A DNA stretch of 64,000 bases from Candidatus Uhrbacteria bacterium (lineage in GTDB: Bacteria; Patescibacteriota; Patescibacteriia; UBA9934; GWF2-40-263), in contig JAERTI010000043.1 in the NCBI GenBank assembly GCA_016844925.1, positions 133,110 through 197,109 of the forward strand, in the 5' to 3' direction. Within the stretch, counting starts at the first letter, position 1. Each line of letters opens with the position of its first letter. Positions 16,971-26,183 of this stretch are shown here, piece by piece. Both the position numbers and the translations under genes were made by a program. The notes beneath the pieces are model-generated. The model saw nothing but the letters and a program-made list of their open reading frames with translations. It ran no database searches and was not told the origin of the DNA.

Positions 16971-17375
16971 ATGTCCAAGAACATCGCACTCATTCTAGGC
17001 TCCTTTCACAAAAAAGAAGTCACCACCATGCTTGAGTCCGCTCGTGCCGTTGCAGCGGAGCGGGGCCTTGAGGTTGTTGAAGAAGTGTGGGTTCATGGCT
17101 CTATTGAAAAGCCTCTCGCGCTCAAGCGACTGCTTATGCGAGATGATGTTGATGGCGCAGCAGTCCTGGGAATCATTGAACGAGGGGAGACCAAGCACGG
17201 CTTTGTCATGGGGCAGGTTGTCTACGATGCGATCATTCGTCTGCAGCTGGAGTTCATGAAGCCTGTGGGGCTGGGGATCTTGGGTCCTGGAATCCTTCCA
17301 GAGCAGATCGAACCACGCTTGAAGAAGTACGCCGCCAAGGCTGTAGAGGCCATGGCCGACATGATGGAGAACTAA
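16971..17375 (+). CDS. ribH: 6,7-dimethyl-8-ribityllumazine synthase
   Basis: Aligns by eye to RibH motifs (VHGSIEKPL, GAAVLGIIERGETKHGFV). Confidence 0.65.
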   Translation: MSKNIALILGSFHKKEVTTMLESARAVAAERGLEVVEEVWVHGSIEKPLALKRLLMRDDVDGAAVLGIIERGETKHGFVMGQVVYDAIIRLQLEFMKPVGLGILGPGILPEQIEPRLKKYAAKAVEAMADMMEN

Positions 17376-17480
17376 CACCTCACACTTACACGAACACGCG
17401 CCTTGAGCGCGTGTTTTTGGTTTTTCTAGGAGACTTCGTGTCACACAAAGCCTCTAAACGCTTGACAAGAATATTATTAA

Positions 17481-17520
17481 GTGTGAGTCTAACACTATCG
17501 TAAGTGTCAAACCAACACTT
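17481..17520. promoter_or_regulatory. two adjacent operator-like palindromes GTGT-N7-ACAC (17481..17495) and AAGTGT-N7-ACACTT (17502..17520) upstream of the phosphatase-kinase operon
   Basis: Read directly; TTGACA at 17462 just upstream. Confidence 0.45.
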
Positions 17521-17565
17521 TCGTACGCCCCTTACAACTTGCACTCACATGTTTGGGAGGAACAC

Positions 17566-18420
17566 ATGTTCCAACTCGCCCATGCCTCCCTTGTGGGGGC
17601 GGATCATCGAAAGGACCTGCACGCCACCAATGGCCAGGACGCCCTGTGCGTCTTGCCACTTCTCGACTCTCCCTTTGGTGCTGGGTACATCGCGCTCGTG
17701 GCTGATGGCTGCGGGTCGGGTAGTCACACCGAGGTTGGGGCCAAGATCGGCGTGCGTTTGCTGGCGCAGGCGCTTGTCACGCACATGGAGAAGCTTCGGC
17801 CTCGCCATGAGGGTGGCCGGCTGAACTTCAAGGACGTGCTCGAACGCGCCCGTCAGGACGTGCTCGCCCGTCTGCGCATTCTCGCGCTGGACCTGGGCGG
17901 CTCTCTGACGGCCACGGTGAACGACTACTTCCTGTTCACCATCGTCGGCGCCATCGTGACCGAGCAGTACAGCTGCTTCTTCTCACGTGGTGACGGCCTG
18001 GTGGTCGTGGGCGGCGAAGAGATCTGGATTGAGCCGGACGAAGGCAACGCGCCTGTGTACCTGGGCTATGCCCTGGTGGACAGCTCGCTCCACAAGCACC
18101 GGCCGGACGCACTGCGTTTCGACATCCAGCGCTGCATGGCCACAGAACGTCTCGATCACTTCCTGGTCGGCACCGACGGCCTAGCTTACCTCAAGAATGC
18201 GGCGCACTTGCCGCTTCCTGGGAAGCAAACCCTCGTCGGTCCGCTCAGCCAATTCTGGAGCCAGGACAAGTACTTCACCAACCCCGACGCCCTCCGCAGG
18301 CGCCTGGCGCTCATCAATCGATCGCCTGTTCGTCCCGATTGGGAAGGACGGCGACTGATCAAGAGCGCAGGACATCTCAAGGATGACGTCGCATTGATCA
18401 TCGGACGGAGGATTCCATGA
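17566..18420 (+). CDS. PP2C-family Ser/Thr protein phosphatase
   Basis: VADGCGSGSHTEVGA metal-binding motif; GGGAGG RBS. Confidence 0.65.
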   Translation: MFQLAHASLVGADHRKDLHATNGQDALCVLPLLDSPFGAGYIALVADGCGSGSHTEVGAKIGVRLLAQALVTHMEKLRPRHEGGRLNFKDVLERARQDVLARLRILALDLGGSLTATVNDYFLFTIVGAIVTEQYSCFFSRGDGLVVVGGEEIWIEPDEGNAPVYLGYALVDSSLHKHRPDALRFDIQRCMATERLDHFLVGTDGLAYLKNAAHLPLPGKQTLVGPLSQFWSQDKYFTNPDALRRRLALINRSPVRPDWEGRRLIKSAGHLKDDVALIIGRRIP

Positions 18421-20348
18421 AAGAACTCATTGTCTCTGGCAAGCGTGTTCGTCTGGATCCATCAAGCATGGTTGGCAAGGGGGGTGAGGCGGATGTGTAC
18501 CGAGTCGGAAAGGACACGGCCCTCAAGGTCTTCAAGAGCCCAAGCCATCCAGACATCAAGGGTCTGCCCAAAGGAGCTGAGCGTGATGCTCTGGCTCGGC
18601 AGGCTCGCGAGCGGATTGCTGAACATCAGCACAAGCTCCCGGCGTTTCCCAAGGGACTTCCCTCGGGGATCATCGCGCCGACGTCGCTCGCACGCGACAA
18701 GAAGGGTCTCATCCGCGGCTACACCATGCCGCTGGTTCCCAACGCGCGTGAGCTCATGGCGGTTCATGGGGACAAGGATCTGCGCAAGCAGATCGCCCCC
18801 GCGGACGTCGTGGCGCTCTTCACTCGTCTGCATGAGCTGGTCGCGGGAGCACACAAGGCCGGCGTCGTCATTGGCGACTTCAACGACCTGAACGTGCTCG
18901 CACGCAAGGTACTTACTCCTGAGGCCAAGCCCTATCTCATCGACGCGGACTCCATGCAGTACGGCGGGTTTCCCTGCCGAATGTTCACGGCACGATTCGT
19001 GGATCCACTGCTGTGTGACCCTTCGCTCAGCTCGCCGATGCTCAGCGCTCCTCATCAGGAAACCTCGGATTGGTTCGCCTTCGCGGCGATGCTCTTTGAG
19101 AGTTTGCTCTGGGTGGGGCCCTTCGGCGGCGTGCACAAGCCCAAGGATCGATCCGCAAAGGTCGGTCACGATGGGCGTTCGCTCGCGCGCATCAGTGTGC
19201 TGCACGACGATGTGCGCTACCCCAAGCCGGCGCGGCCCTACGGCACGCTCCCCGATGACCTGCTGCAGTACTTCCTGCGCGTGTTCGAGGGAGATCATCG
19301 AGAGGTGTTCCCTCGCGCGCTCATTGACGGACTGCGTTGGACCGCGTGCACGGACTGCGGCTACACGCACGCACGGGCCATGTGCCCGATGTGCGGCGTG
19401 GCGGGTCCAGCGATCTCTCAGAAGATCACGGTGCGCGGCACGGTCACGGCACGAAGAATCTTTCCAACGCCTCGGCTGCGTGGAGATATTCTGCAGGTCA
19501 CCCTCCAGGAGGGGGATCTGCACTACCTCGTGCACGATGCGGGCAAGATCAAGCGCGAAGACGGTTCGGTGGTGCTGACACAGCCCCCCGCGCCGGACAT
19601 GCGTTTCCGCCTCAGCGGCCCCAGGACCTTTGTTGGTCAGGGGAGTCGTCTGGTGGTGGTCGATCCTGCGCGTTCGCCCGAGCTGCTCAGCGTGGACACC
19701 CTTGGTCATCGACCCATGTTCGATGCTACACGTCACCACCTCTACCGGGTGGCCGGCGGAAGGCTCGTGCGGGAAGGGGCCCTTGGGGTTAGCTACGACG
19801 AGCACATCGGCGATGTGCTTGCAGGACAGACGATGATCTTCTGCGGAGAGACCTTCGGCCTCGGGTTCTACCGGGCCGGTGCGATCTTCCAGGCGTTCAC
19901 GTTCACCTCCGCCAAGCGGTCGCTCAACGATTCGTTCAACCTGCCGCCCATTCCCGGGCAGTTGGTCGATGCGTTCGCGCTCTTCTCAAGCTCGCGCTGT
20001 TGGTTCTTCACCACCAGTCAGAGCGGCGGAAAGTTGATCAATCGGTGCACCGTCCTCAAGCAGGACGGAACGATCATTGCCACGCACGAGGCCACGGTCG
20101 GAGACGGCAGTTGGCTCTCGAGCATTCGCGGCGGCTGCGCGGCAACCCTTCCGGGTCCCACGCACTGCCTCTTTGTCCCCACGGACGACGGCATCGTCCG
20201 CATTGATGCCACTTCTGGCGGTCTCACTGAGGCACGGGTCTTCACCGACACCGAGCCGTTCGTCCATGCTGGTGCGCGACTGTTCCTGGCGCGTAAGGGC
20301 ATCGTGGTCGTAAAGGATCATGAAATTGTACTTCTGGAAATGAAGTGA
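18417..20348 (+). CDS. Ser/Thr protein kinase-like with about 380-aa C-terminal extension containing a Zn-ribbon
   Basis: Gly-rich loop GKGGEADVY, ALKVF lysine, HKAGVVIGDFNDLNVL catalytic loop; CTDCGY...CPMCG; ATGA overlap with the phosphatase. Confidence 0.65.
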   Translation: MKELIVSGKRVRLDPSSMVGKGGEADVYRVGKDTALKVFKSPSHPDIKGLPKGAERDALARQARERIAEHQHKLPAFPKGLPSGIIAPTSLARDKKGLIRGYTMPLVPNARELMAVHGDKDLRKQIAPADVVALFTRLHELVAGAHKAGVVIGDFNDLNVLARKVLTPEAKPYLIDADSMQYGGFPCRMFTARFVDPLLCDPSLSSPMLSAPHQETSDWFAFAAMLFESLLWVGPFGGVHKPKDRSAKVGHDGRSLARISVLHDDVRYPKPARPYGTLPDDLLQYFLRVFEGDHREVFPRALIDGLRWTACTDCGYTHARAMCPMCGVAGPAISQKITVRGTVTARRIFPTPRLRGDILQVTLQEGDLHYLVHDAGKIKREDGSVVLTQPPAPDMRFRLSGPRTFVGQGSRLVVVDPARSPELLSVDTLGHRPMFDATRHHLYRVAGGRLVREGALGVSYDEHIGDVLAGQTMIFCGETFGLGFYRAGAIFQAFTFTSAKRSLNDSFNLPPIPGQLVDAFALFSSSRCWFFTTSQSGGKLINRCTVLKQDGTIIATHEATVGDGSWLSSIRGGCAATLPGPTHCLFVPTDDGIVRIDATSGGLTEARVFTDTEPFVHAGARLFLARKGIVVVKDHEIVLLEMK

Positions 20349-20536
20349 ATCGAGAACGCTTGAAACTGGATGAGATCTTGGTGCACGACGAGGACCGGAG
20401 CGAAACGTACAGAGATGTACGTTGAGTGAGGACCGAAGGAGTAAGCCAAGAGATCGCCAGTTTCAAGTGTTCGAGTAGGAACCGTGACGCGACGGCACGT
20501 ACCCCGTCGCACCCCACACAGACACTGGAGACTCAC

Positions 20537-21643
20537 ATGTCTACTCTCCCTCTCCCGGGTCACTTCGACCCCAAGCACGCCGAGATCTTCGGCTACCGAC
20601 CGGACCTGGCGCAGGTCGCCATGGACGCCTTCGACTTCAAGAAGCTCCACAGCATCAAGGCTGCCGGGGCCGATGCGGTCAAGATGGCCGTGGTGCCCAT
20701 CGATGCGCAGGAGGACTTCTCCCATCCGGAGGGCACGCTCTTCGTGGCGGGTCGGTCCGGCCGTGGCGCCATCGACGACGCCGTGCGGCTGACCGAGTTC
20801 CTCTACCGGCACATCCACCTGATCACCGGCATCTACCCGACCTTCGACACGCACTTCGCTCTGCAGGTCTTCTCCGCCCCGTTCTGGGTGGGACCCGCGG
20901 GTGAGCCGCTCTCGCCGCACACGCTCATCGTGGCGGACGCCGGCGGCGTGCTGAACAACATCGGCCTGGATGGCACGGTGCTGATCCGCAACGTGAAGCC
21001 GCGGCCCGAGATGGCCTGGTGGCTCTGCGGTGCCAACTACGGTTGGCTGGTGGGGCAGATGCTGCACTACGTCGAGGAGCTGGCGCGCGGTGGCAAGTAC
21101 ACCCTGTACCTGTGGCCGCCGCATACTCTGCTGGGCACGCCCGGCCACGCCATGACCGGCGTGCTCACCGAGGCGCGGATGTTCCACAGCTACGTGCGTG
21201 GCGTCCAGAGTCACGGCGAGATCAAGGGTGGGCACCCGCTGAGCGAGTGCTACAGCGTCTTCGGCGAGGAGGTCCGGACCCGGTTCGACGGGCAGGCCCT
21301 CGCGTCCAAGAACACCCGGTTCATCGACGTGCTGCTCTCCCACGACGTGGTCGTGTTCGCCGGTCAGGCGGCCAGCCACTGCGTGAAGAGCTCCATCGAC
21401 GACTTCCTGACCGAGCTGGCCCTGCGCGATCCCGCGCTCGCCAGCAAGATCTACATCCTCGAGGACTGCATGAGCTCGGTCACGGTGCCCGACGGCGCCG
21501 GTGGCTTCGCCGCGGACTTCACGGATGACGCGCTGGCCGCCCTGGACAAGTTCCGGGACGCGGGCATGCACGTGGTCAAGTCGACCGATCCGCTCGAGAC
21601 GTGGCCGGATCTGCCCTCGGCGCTGGCTCGTCTGGCGGCGTAG
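20537..21643 (+). CDS. isochorismatase-family cysteine hydrolase-like (nicotinamidase-like) with large insertion
   Basis: VVPIDAQEDF and VVFAGQAASHCVKSS matching the D...K...C triad regions. Confidence 0.45.
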   Translation: MSTLPLPGHFDPKHAEIFGYRPDLAQVAMDAFDFKKLHSIKAAGADAVKMAVVPIDAQEDFSHPEGTLFVAGRSGRGAIDDAVRLTEFLYRHIHLITGIYPTFDTHFALQVFSAPFWVGPAGEPLSPHTLIVADAGGVLNNIGLDGTVLIRNVKPRPEMAWWLCGANYGWLVGQMLHYVEELARGGKYTLYLWPPHTLLGTPGHAMTGVLTEARMFHSYVRGVQSHGEIKGGHPLSECYSVFGEEVRTRFDGQALASKNTRFIDVLLSHDVVVFAGQAASHCVKSSIDDFLTELALRDPALASKIYILEDCMSSVTVPDGAGGFAADFTDDALAALDKFRDAGMHVVKSTDPLETWPDLPSALARLAA

Positions 21644-21735
21644 ATTCCCTTCAACAATCAACAGAATGCCGCTCTCAGGGTTTACGAGATTCCTTCGGGA
21701 TGATCGTGGCCCTGGGACCGGCCAGGAGATGAACG

Positions 21736-22530
21736 ATGAGTTCCAAGAGTGCAACCTCCCTTCTCCAGGGCGCAGCGGCCGATGGGCTGCTGGGTGCTGG
21801 TTCCATGATGGCGTTCCAGGTCCCCAACCTGGGCGCGCAGATCCAGGCGGGTCTGGGTATCAGCGTCGACGACGTGGAGGCCTCCGAGGTCTTCCTGCTC
21901 GCGCAGTTGGTGGACGATTCCGGTTCCATCCGGTTCGGCGCGAACGCCCAGGGCATCCGTGACGGCGTGAACCTGGTCTACGAGTCCCTCGAGGATTCCA
22001 AGACCTCCGGTGACGTGCTGACGTCCTGTCGGTACCTCAACGGCACCGTGCTGGACGCCTACACCCCGCTGGCGAGCGCCACGCGCCTGGACACCAAGAA
22101 CTACGATCCCTACGGCGGCACCCCGCTCTACGACGAGTCGGTGGTCACCCTCGGGACTGTGGTCGCCAAGGCCCAGGAGTTCGAGGACGCCGGTGTGCCC
22201 GTTCGCACGGTCACGGTGATCCTCACCGACGGCGCCGACGCGGGCTCGCGCTCGCAGACGCCCGACTCGGTCAAGGCGATCGTGGAGGACATGATCCGCG
22301 CGGAGAACCACCTGGTCTTCTTCGTGGGCGTGGACGACGGTTACACGGACTTCCGTGCGGTCGCTGCCTCCATGGGCATCCCGCCCGAGTTCGTCCTGAC
22401 CCCCGGCAACAGCCCGAGCGAGATCCGCGCTGCCATGCGCGTTGTCTCCCGCTCGGTCGTCCGGGCCAGCCAGGGCGGCACCGGCTTCTCGCAGACCGCC
22501 ACGAGCGGGCTGGGAGGCTTCGGCGGCTGA
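21736..22530 (+). CDS. von Willebrand factor A domain protein (TerY-like)
   Basis: MIDAS DDSGS at LVDDSGSI, plus TPLYDES and LTDGAD motifs. Confidence 0.7.
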   Translation: MSSKSATSLLQGAAADGLLGAGSMMAFQVPNLGAQIQAGLGISVDDVEASEVFLLAQLVDDSGSIRFGANAQGIRDGVNLVYESLEDSKTSGDVLTSCRYLNGTVLDAYTPLASATRLDTKNYDPYGGTPLYDESVVTLGTVVAKAQEFEDAGVPVRTVTVILTDGADAGSRSQTPDSVKAIVEDMIRAENHLVFFVGVDDGYTDFRAVAASMGIPPEFVLTPGNSPSEIRAAMRVVSRSVVRASQGGTGFSQTATSGLGGFGG

Positions 22531-22587
22531 TCGCCAGCGGCAACACAGACACAGAGACGAGTACGTCGTTTCTGTCACGAAAACGTG

Positions 22588-22615
22588 CAGGGTTCTACCG
22601 GAACCCTGCTTTTCC
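22588..22615 (+). terminator. rho-independent terminator closing the island
   Basis: GCAGGGTTC-TACC-GGAACCCTGC-TTTTCC. Confidence 0.7.
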
Positions 22616-22703
22616 CGTTGGTATGTTCTTGACAGCGAATCCATTGCTCACGTACGTTTTCCTTGCTCCTGCAACATGATCGTCCAGATCAACGAGGTGA
22701 ACA

Positions 22704-23129
22704 ATGTTGCTGTGCCAGCTCCTTGCGCTCGTTCTGGCGCAAGATGAACCTTCTTCCTCGCAAGCAAGCCAGACACGATCGTCCGTGTCTGAGGAGGTTT
22801 CAGCCAACGCGGCGCCCCGTCCTCCGGTCGAGCGCAGCTGTCAGATTGAAGGGGACAATTTCGGCTTGTGCGAGTACTTGTCGAATCCACTGTCTTTTAA
22901 CCCCGTCTGTGGGTATGAGATTCGCGGTCGCATCGAGTCAGGTGACTCGTTGATGATTACGGACCTTCATTTCCTTGTGCAGGGTTGGGACTGTCGGGCA
23001 CGGCTCGACCACGAGGGTGTACGACGCTGGGATCTTTTGACGAAAGATCCTCGAGACCAGAGCTCCGCAGAGTGGCTCGCGCGGTGGTGCGTTTCACTGT
23101 GCGGTCAGACTCCCTCAGCTCACGAGTGA
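22704..23129 (+). CDS. small secreted Cys-containing protein
   Basis: Signal peptide MLLCQLLALVLAQ. Confidence 0.45.
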   Translation: MLLCQLLALVLAQDEPSSSQASQTRSSVSEEVSANAAPRPPVERSCQIEGDNFGLCEYLSNPLSFNPVCGYEIRGRIESGDSLMITDLHFLVQGWDCRARLDHEGVRRWDLLTKDPRDQSSAEWLARWCVSLCGQTPSAHE

Positions 23130-23176
23130 CACGCTTCACGCCACGTAGCTCAACGCTGCGTGTTTTTTGTTAAACA

Positions 23177-23203
23177 GAAAACAGGGCCGAAGCCCTGTTT
23201 TGA
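23177..23203. terminator. bidirectional terminator
   Basis: AAAACAGGGC-CGAA-GCCCTGTTTT. Confidence 0.7.
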
Positions 23204-24253
23204 TTACGCGGTTATTTTCCCTGTTGTCAGTATTCCACTTTTGTACAGTTCGATCAGTGCCAGAAGGGCTGCCAGGATCGTTGGTCCAGCAATACCCCCA
23301 ACAGGCCCGAATGCGGTGAGACCTCCAAGTACAGCCAGGAGCACGAGGAACGAGTGCATGTGCGTCGTGCCTGAGATGAGATATGGACCGATGAAGTTAT
23401 CTGCTAGTGAGACAAAGATCAGTGACCAGATAAGGAGTCCTAACGCACCGGCCGTTGATCCTGTGAAGAACAAGTAGAGAATCGCTGGGATAAGTACGAG
23501 ACCGGTCCCCACAAGTGGGACGAGGGCAGCCACAATCGTGAGGGCTCCCCAGATTAAACTTCCCGGGACACCGAAGATCGTCATGCCGATGCCCGCGAGT
23601 GTCCCTTGGATGATGGCCAGGATCAGTACGCCGAACACCACAGAGCGGACCGTGCCAATGACGCGTTTGAGAATCTTCGCATCGATGGAGTCGCGCAGGG
23701 GAGAGAGAGCGAGAACTTCTGCGTAGAGTTTATCGCGCTCAGCAATCAGGTAGAACAGTGAGATAAAGAACAGGACGGTGTTGAGAAAGAGTTTTGTCGA
23801 AGAAGAAAAGACTTGTCCAACATTTTCAAAGGCCCAGGCGGCAATCGCTTTTCCAAGTGAGCCCAAGTCGATTGACTTGATTTCTTCTTGGAGAGAAGAG
23901 GGGAGCGCCTGGAGAACAGGAGACGCGGTCGCCTCGATCTGTTCGAACCAGTTGTTCTCAATCGATGCCCTGACCAGGTCAGATGCCTGTCCAGCGGTCA
24001 GGACGAGGACCATGAGCAATGGAAGAAAAATCAGGACGAATACCCCTAAAGAAAGGAGGGCCGCTGAGGCTTTGTTGTGTTTTAAGTGCTTCACCAACAG
24101 TCGATCCAGTGGCGAAAGGATAATCGCCGCGACGGCTGCTGTGAGGATAACAAAAGAAAACGGTTGGATGACTTGCCAGAACAACCAGATCACCACGCCG
24201 GTGACTAGCAAGAAAAACCACTTTTCAATCGTCATGTGTTGTGAGTGTGCCAT
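23204..24253 (-). CDS. AI-2E family transporter (PerM/YhhT-like)
   Basis: 8-TM topology and family-typical glycine-rich C-terminal half. Confidence 0.65.
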   Translation of the reverse strand: MAHSQHMTIEKWFFLLVTGVVIWLFWQVIQPFSFVILTAAVAAIILSPLDRLLVKHLKHNKASAALLSLGVFVLIFLPLLMVLVLTAGQASDLVRASIENNWFEQIEATASPVLQALPSSLQEEIKSIDLGSLGKAIAAWAFENVGQVFSSSTKLFLNTVLFFISLFYLIAERDKLYAEVLALSPLRDSIDAKILKRVIGTVRSVVFGVLILAIIQGTLAGIGMTIFGVPGSLIWGALTIVAALVPLVGTGLVLIPAILYLFFTGSTAGALGLLIWSLIFVSLADNFIGPYLISGTTHMHSFLVLLAVLGGLTAFGPVGGIAGPTILAALLALIELYKSGILTTGKITA

Positions 24254-24302
24254 ACACAGGCATTGTAGATGGTCCCAGGCAGATACGCTAGACTAGAGGC
24301 AT

Positions 24303-24527
24303 ATGAAATACATCATCATCGCAGTGGTGGCACTGCTCGTACTTGGTGGGGTGTGGGCACTATTCTTCCGTGGGGGAGAGGAGGTGGTTCTGACAACCGA
24401 CCAGTATCAGGAGGTTATTGAGGAAACATTTACGGATCCAGTCGACGCCGCGCTGGAAAATCCCGTGGAGGACATTGGGTATGAGAATCCCGTTTCCGCT
24501 GAGGCGCTTAATCCATTTAATCAATAG
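24303..24527 (+). CDS. small membrane-anchored protein
   Basis: ORF with N-terminal TM. Confidence 0.35.
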   Translation: MKYIIIAVVALLVLGGVWALFFRGGEEVVLTTDQYQEVIEETFTDPVDAALENPVEDIGYENPVSAEALNPFNQ

Positions 24528-24530
24528 AGT

Positions 24531-26180
24531 ATGAAGAAGTTACTTTTCGCCCTCATGCTCTTTGTCCCGGCTGTGGTCTTAGCGCAGGTGGGCAGTGCGC
24601 AGACAACGGCGCAGATCCAGTACCCCGTTGAGTGGCTTGGAAACTGTGACAGTGAGCAGCTCTGTCAGGATTACTGCGCGGACGTGACGTTTGTTGATCT
24701 TTGTTACGAAGCAGAGCAGACGTTCGGTGTGAGCTTTTTGACGCAGTCGGCAAGAGAGGCATTTGAGCAGTCACTGGGGATTACGACCACGACTCAGAGC
24801 CCCTACCCGATTCCTATGCTCGACGGCTGTCCTACGCAGCAGGATTGTCAGAACTATTGTTCCAATCCTTCTGAACACATCCTGTGTTACGAGGTTGAGC
24901 TTCAGTATGGGATTGAGTTATTGACCCAGGAGGCTCGAGACATTGTTATTCAAACGGTTACGGGCGGAGCGACGACAACTTCTGCGCAGATCCAGTACCC
25001 CGTTGAGTGGCTTGGAAACTGTGACAGTGAGCAGCTCTGTCAGGATTACTGTGCGGACGTGACGTTCGTTGATCTTTGTTACGAAGCAGAGCAGACGTTC
25101 GGTGTGAGCTTTCTGACGCAGTCGGCAAGAGAGGCGTTTGAGCAGAGTTTGTTAGGCTCGACGGAATCAGAAGAACAAGAACAGGAGCAGGAAGCACAAG
25201 CGACGACAGGCATGAGTCAGATTGACTATCCTATTGAGGAGCTTGGGTTCTGTGACTCTGCGCAGGATTGTCAGAACTATTGTGATGACGCTGCCAACTA
25301 TGAAGATTGTCTCGCCTTTGGGGTTGCAAACGGCATGTATCCCCCTGGACCACAGCAGATGGCAGAAGCTGTGCTTGGAGGTGAGGGACCAGAGGGCTGT
25401 GAAGGATCGACCTGTGCGCAGGTCTGTGACAGTACGACCAATGGTCAGGCTTGTGCCGAGTTTGCCCACGAGAGCGGAGCGATGGATGAGGAAGAGCTCG
25501 AGGCAACTGAGGCTGTACTAGAGCAAGGAGGGCCAGGAGGTTGTGTGACAGAGACTCAGTGCAATACGTACTGTGCAGCGCCAGAGAACGCGCAAGAGTG
25601 TCTCGATTTTGCCGTAGAGCATGGGCTCGTGAGCGAGCAGGAGCGTGAGCGCGTTGAAGCTCTTCAGCAAGGAGGCCCTGGTGGATGTGTAGGAGAGAAA
25701 GAGTGTCACGCGTATTGTTCTCAGGATCAGAACATCAAAGAATGCATGTTGTTCGCTCAGGAGCACGGTCTTATGAGCGAGGAAGATCAGCAGCACGTCC
25801 AAGATCTTCACTTGGAAACACTCAATGGCCCCGGTGGGTGTCAGAGCGATATCGAGTGCTATAACTACTGTTCAGAGCCACAGCATGAACAGGAGTGCCT
25901 GCAATTTGCCTTGGATAATGAGATCGAGGTTGTGACACAGATGTTAACAACAGAGAGCGTTCAGTCTGATGATGCCGACACCCAGACCACAGACGTGAGT
26001 GATGTGATTACCGTGGTTGATCCGGAAACAGGAAAGTCCATGCAGGTTCGTTTGGAGGATTTGCTCGATGAAGATATGGAGCTCTCTGACCATCCTGCAG
26101 GGTGTAGTACTCGAGAGGAGTGTCGGGAGTACTGCGAGTTACCAGAGAACAGAGACGATTGTTTACCTTTTTCAGGTTAG
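24531..26180 (+). CDS. secreted cysteine-rich repeat protein (about 38-aa C-x-C-x-YC modules)
   Basis: Signal peptide; repeated GPGGC...C..YC....EC..FA..HG modules; internal near-identical DNA duplication. Confidence 0.6.
   Translation: MKKLLFALMLFVPAVVLAQVGSAQTTAQIQYPVEWLGNCDSEQLCQDYCADVTFVDLCYEAEQTFGVSFLTQSAREAFEQSLGITTTTQSPYPIPMLDGCPTQQDCQNYCSNPSEHILCYEVELQYGIELLTQEARDIVIQTVTGGATTTSAQIQYPVEWLGNCDSEQLCQDYCADVTFVDLCYEAEQTFGVSFLTQSAREAFEQSLLGSTESEEQEQEQEAQATTGMSQIDYPIEELGFCDSAQDCQNYCDDAANYEDCLAFGVANGMYPPGPQQMAEAVLGGEGPEGCEGSTCAQVCDSTTNGQACAEFAHESGAMDEEELEATEAVLEQGGPGGCVTETQCNTYCAAPENAQECLDFAVEHGLVSEQERERVEALQQGGPGGCVGEKECHAYCSQDQNIKECMLFAQEHGLMSEEDQQHVQDLHLETLNGPGGCQSDIECYNYCSEPQHEQECLQFALDNEIEVVTQMLTTESVQSDDADTQTTDVSDVITVVDPETGKSMQVRLEDLLDEDMELSDHPAGCSTREECREYCELPENRDDCLPFSG
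24611..25143 (+). repeat. intragenic duplication: 24611..24769 and 24985..25143 about 97% identical
   Basis: GCAGATCCAGTACCCCGTTGAGTGGCTTGGAAACTGTGACAGTGAGCAGCTCTGTCAGGATTACTG... repeated 374 bp apart. Confidence 0.8.
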
Positions 26181-26183
26181 GGT

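Noticed and set aside
20318-21754. 478-aa minus-strand ORF antisense to the isochorismatase-like gene, plus 21682..22644 (320 aa) antisense to vWA
   Set aside because: Low-complexity Arg/Gly/Val/His-rich translations. The sense genes have catalytic motifs, RBSs and operon coupling.
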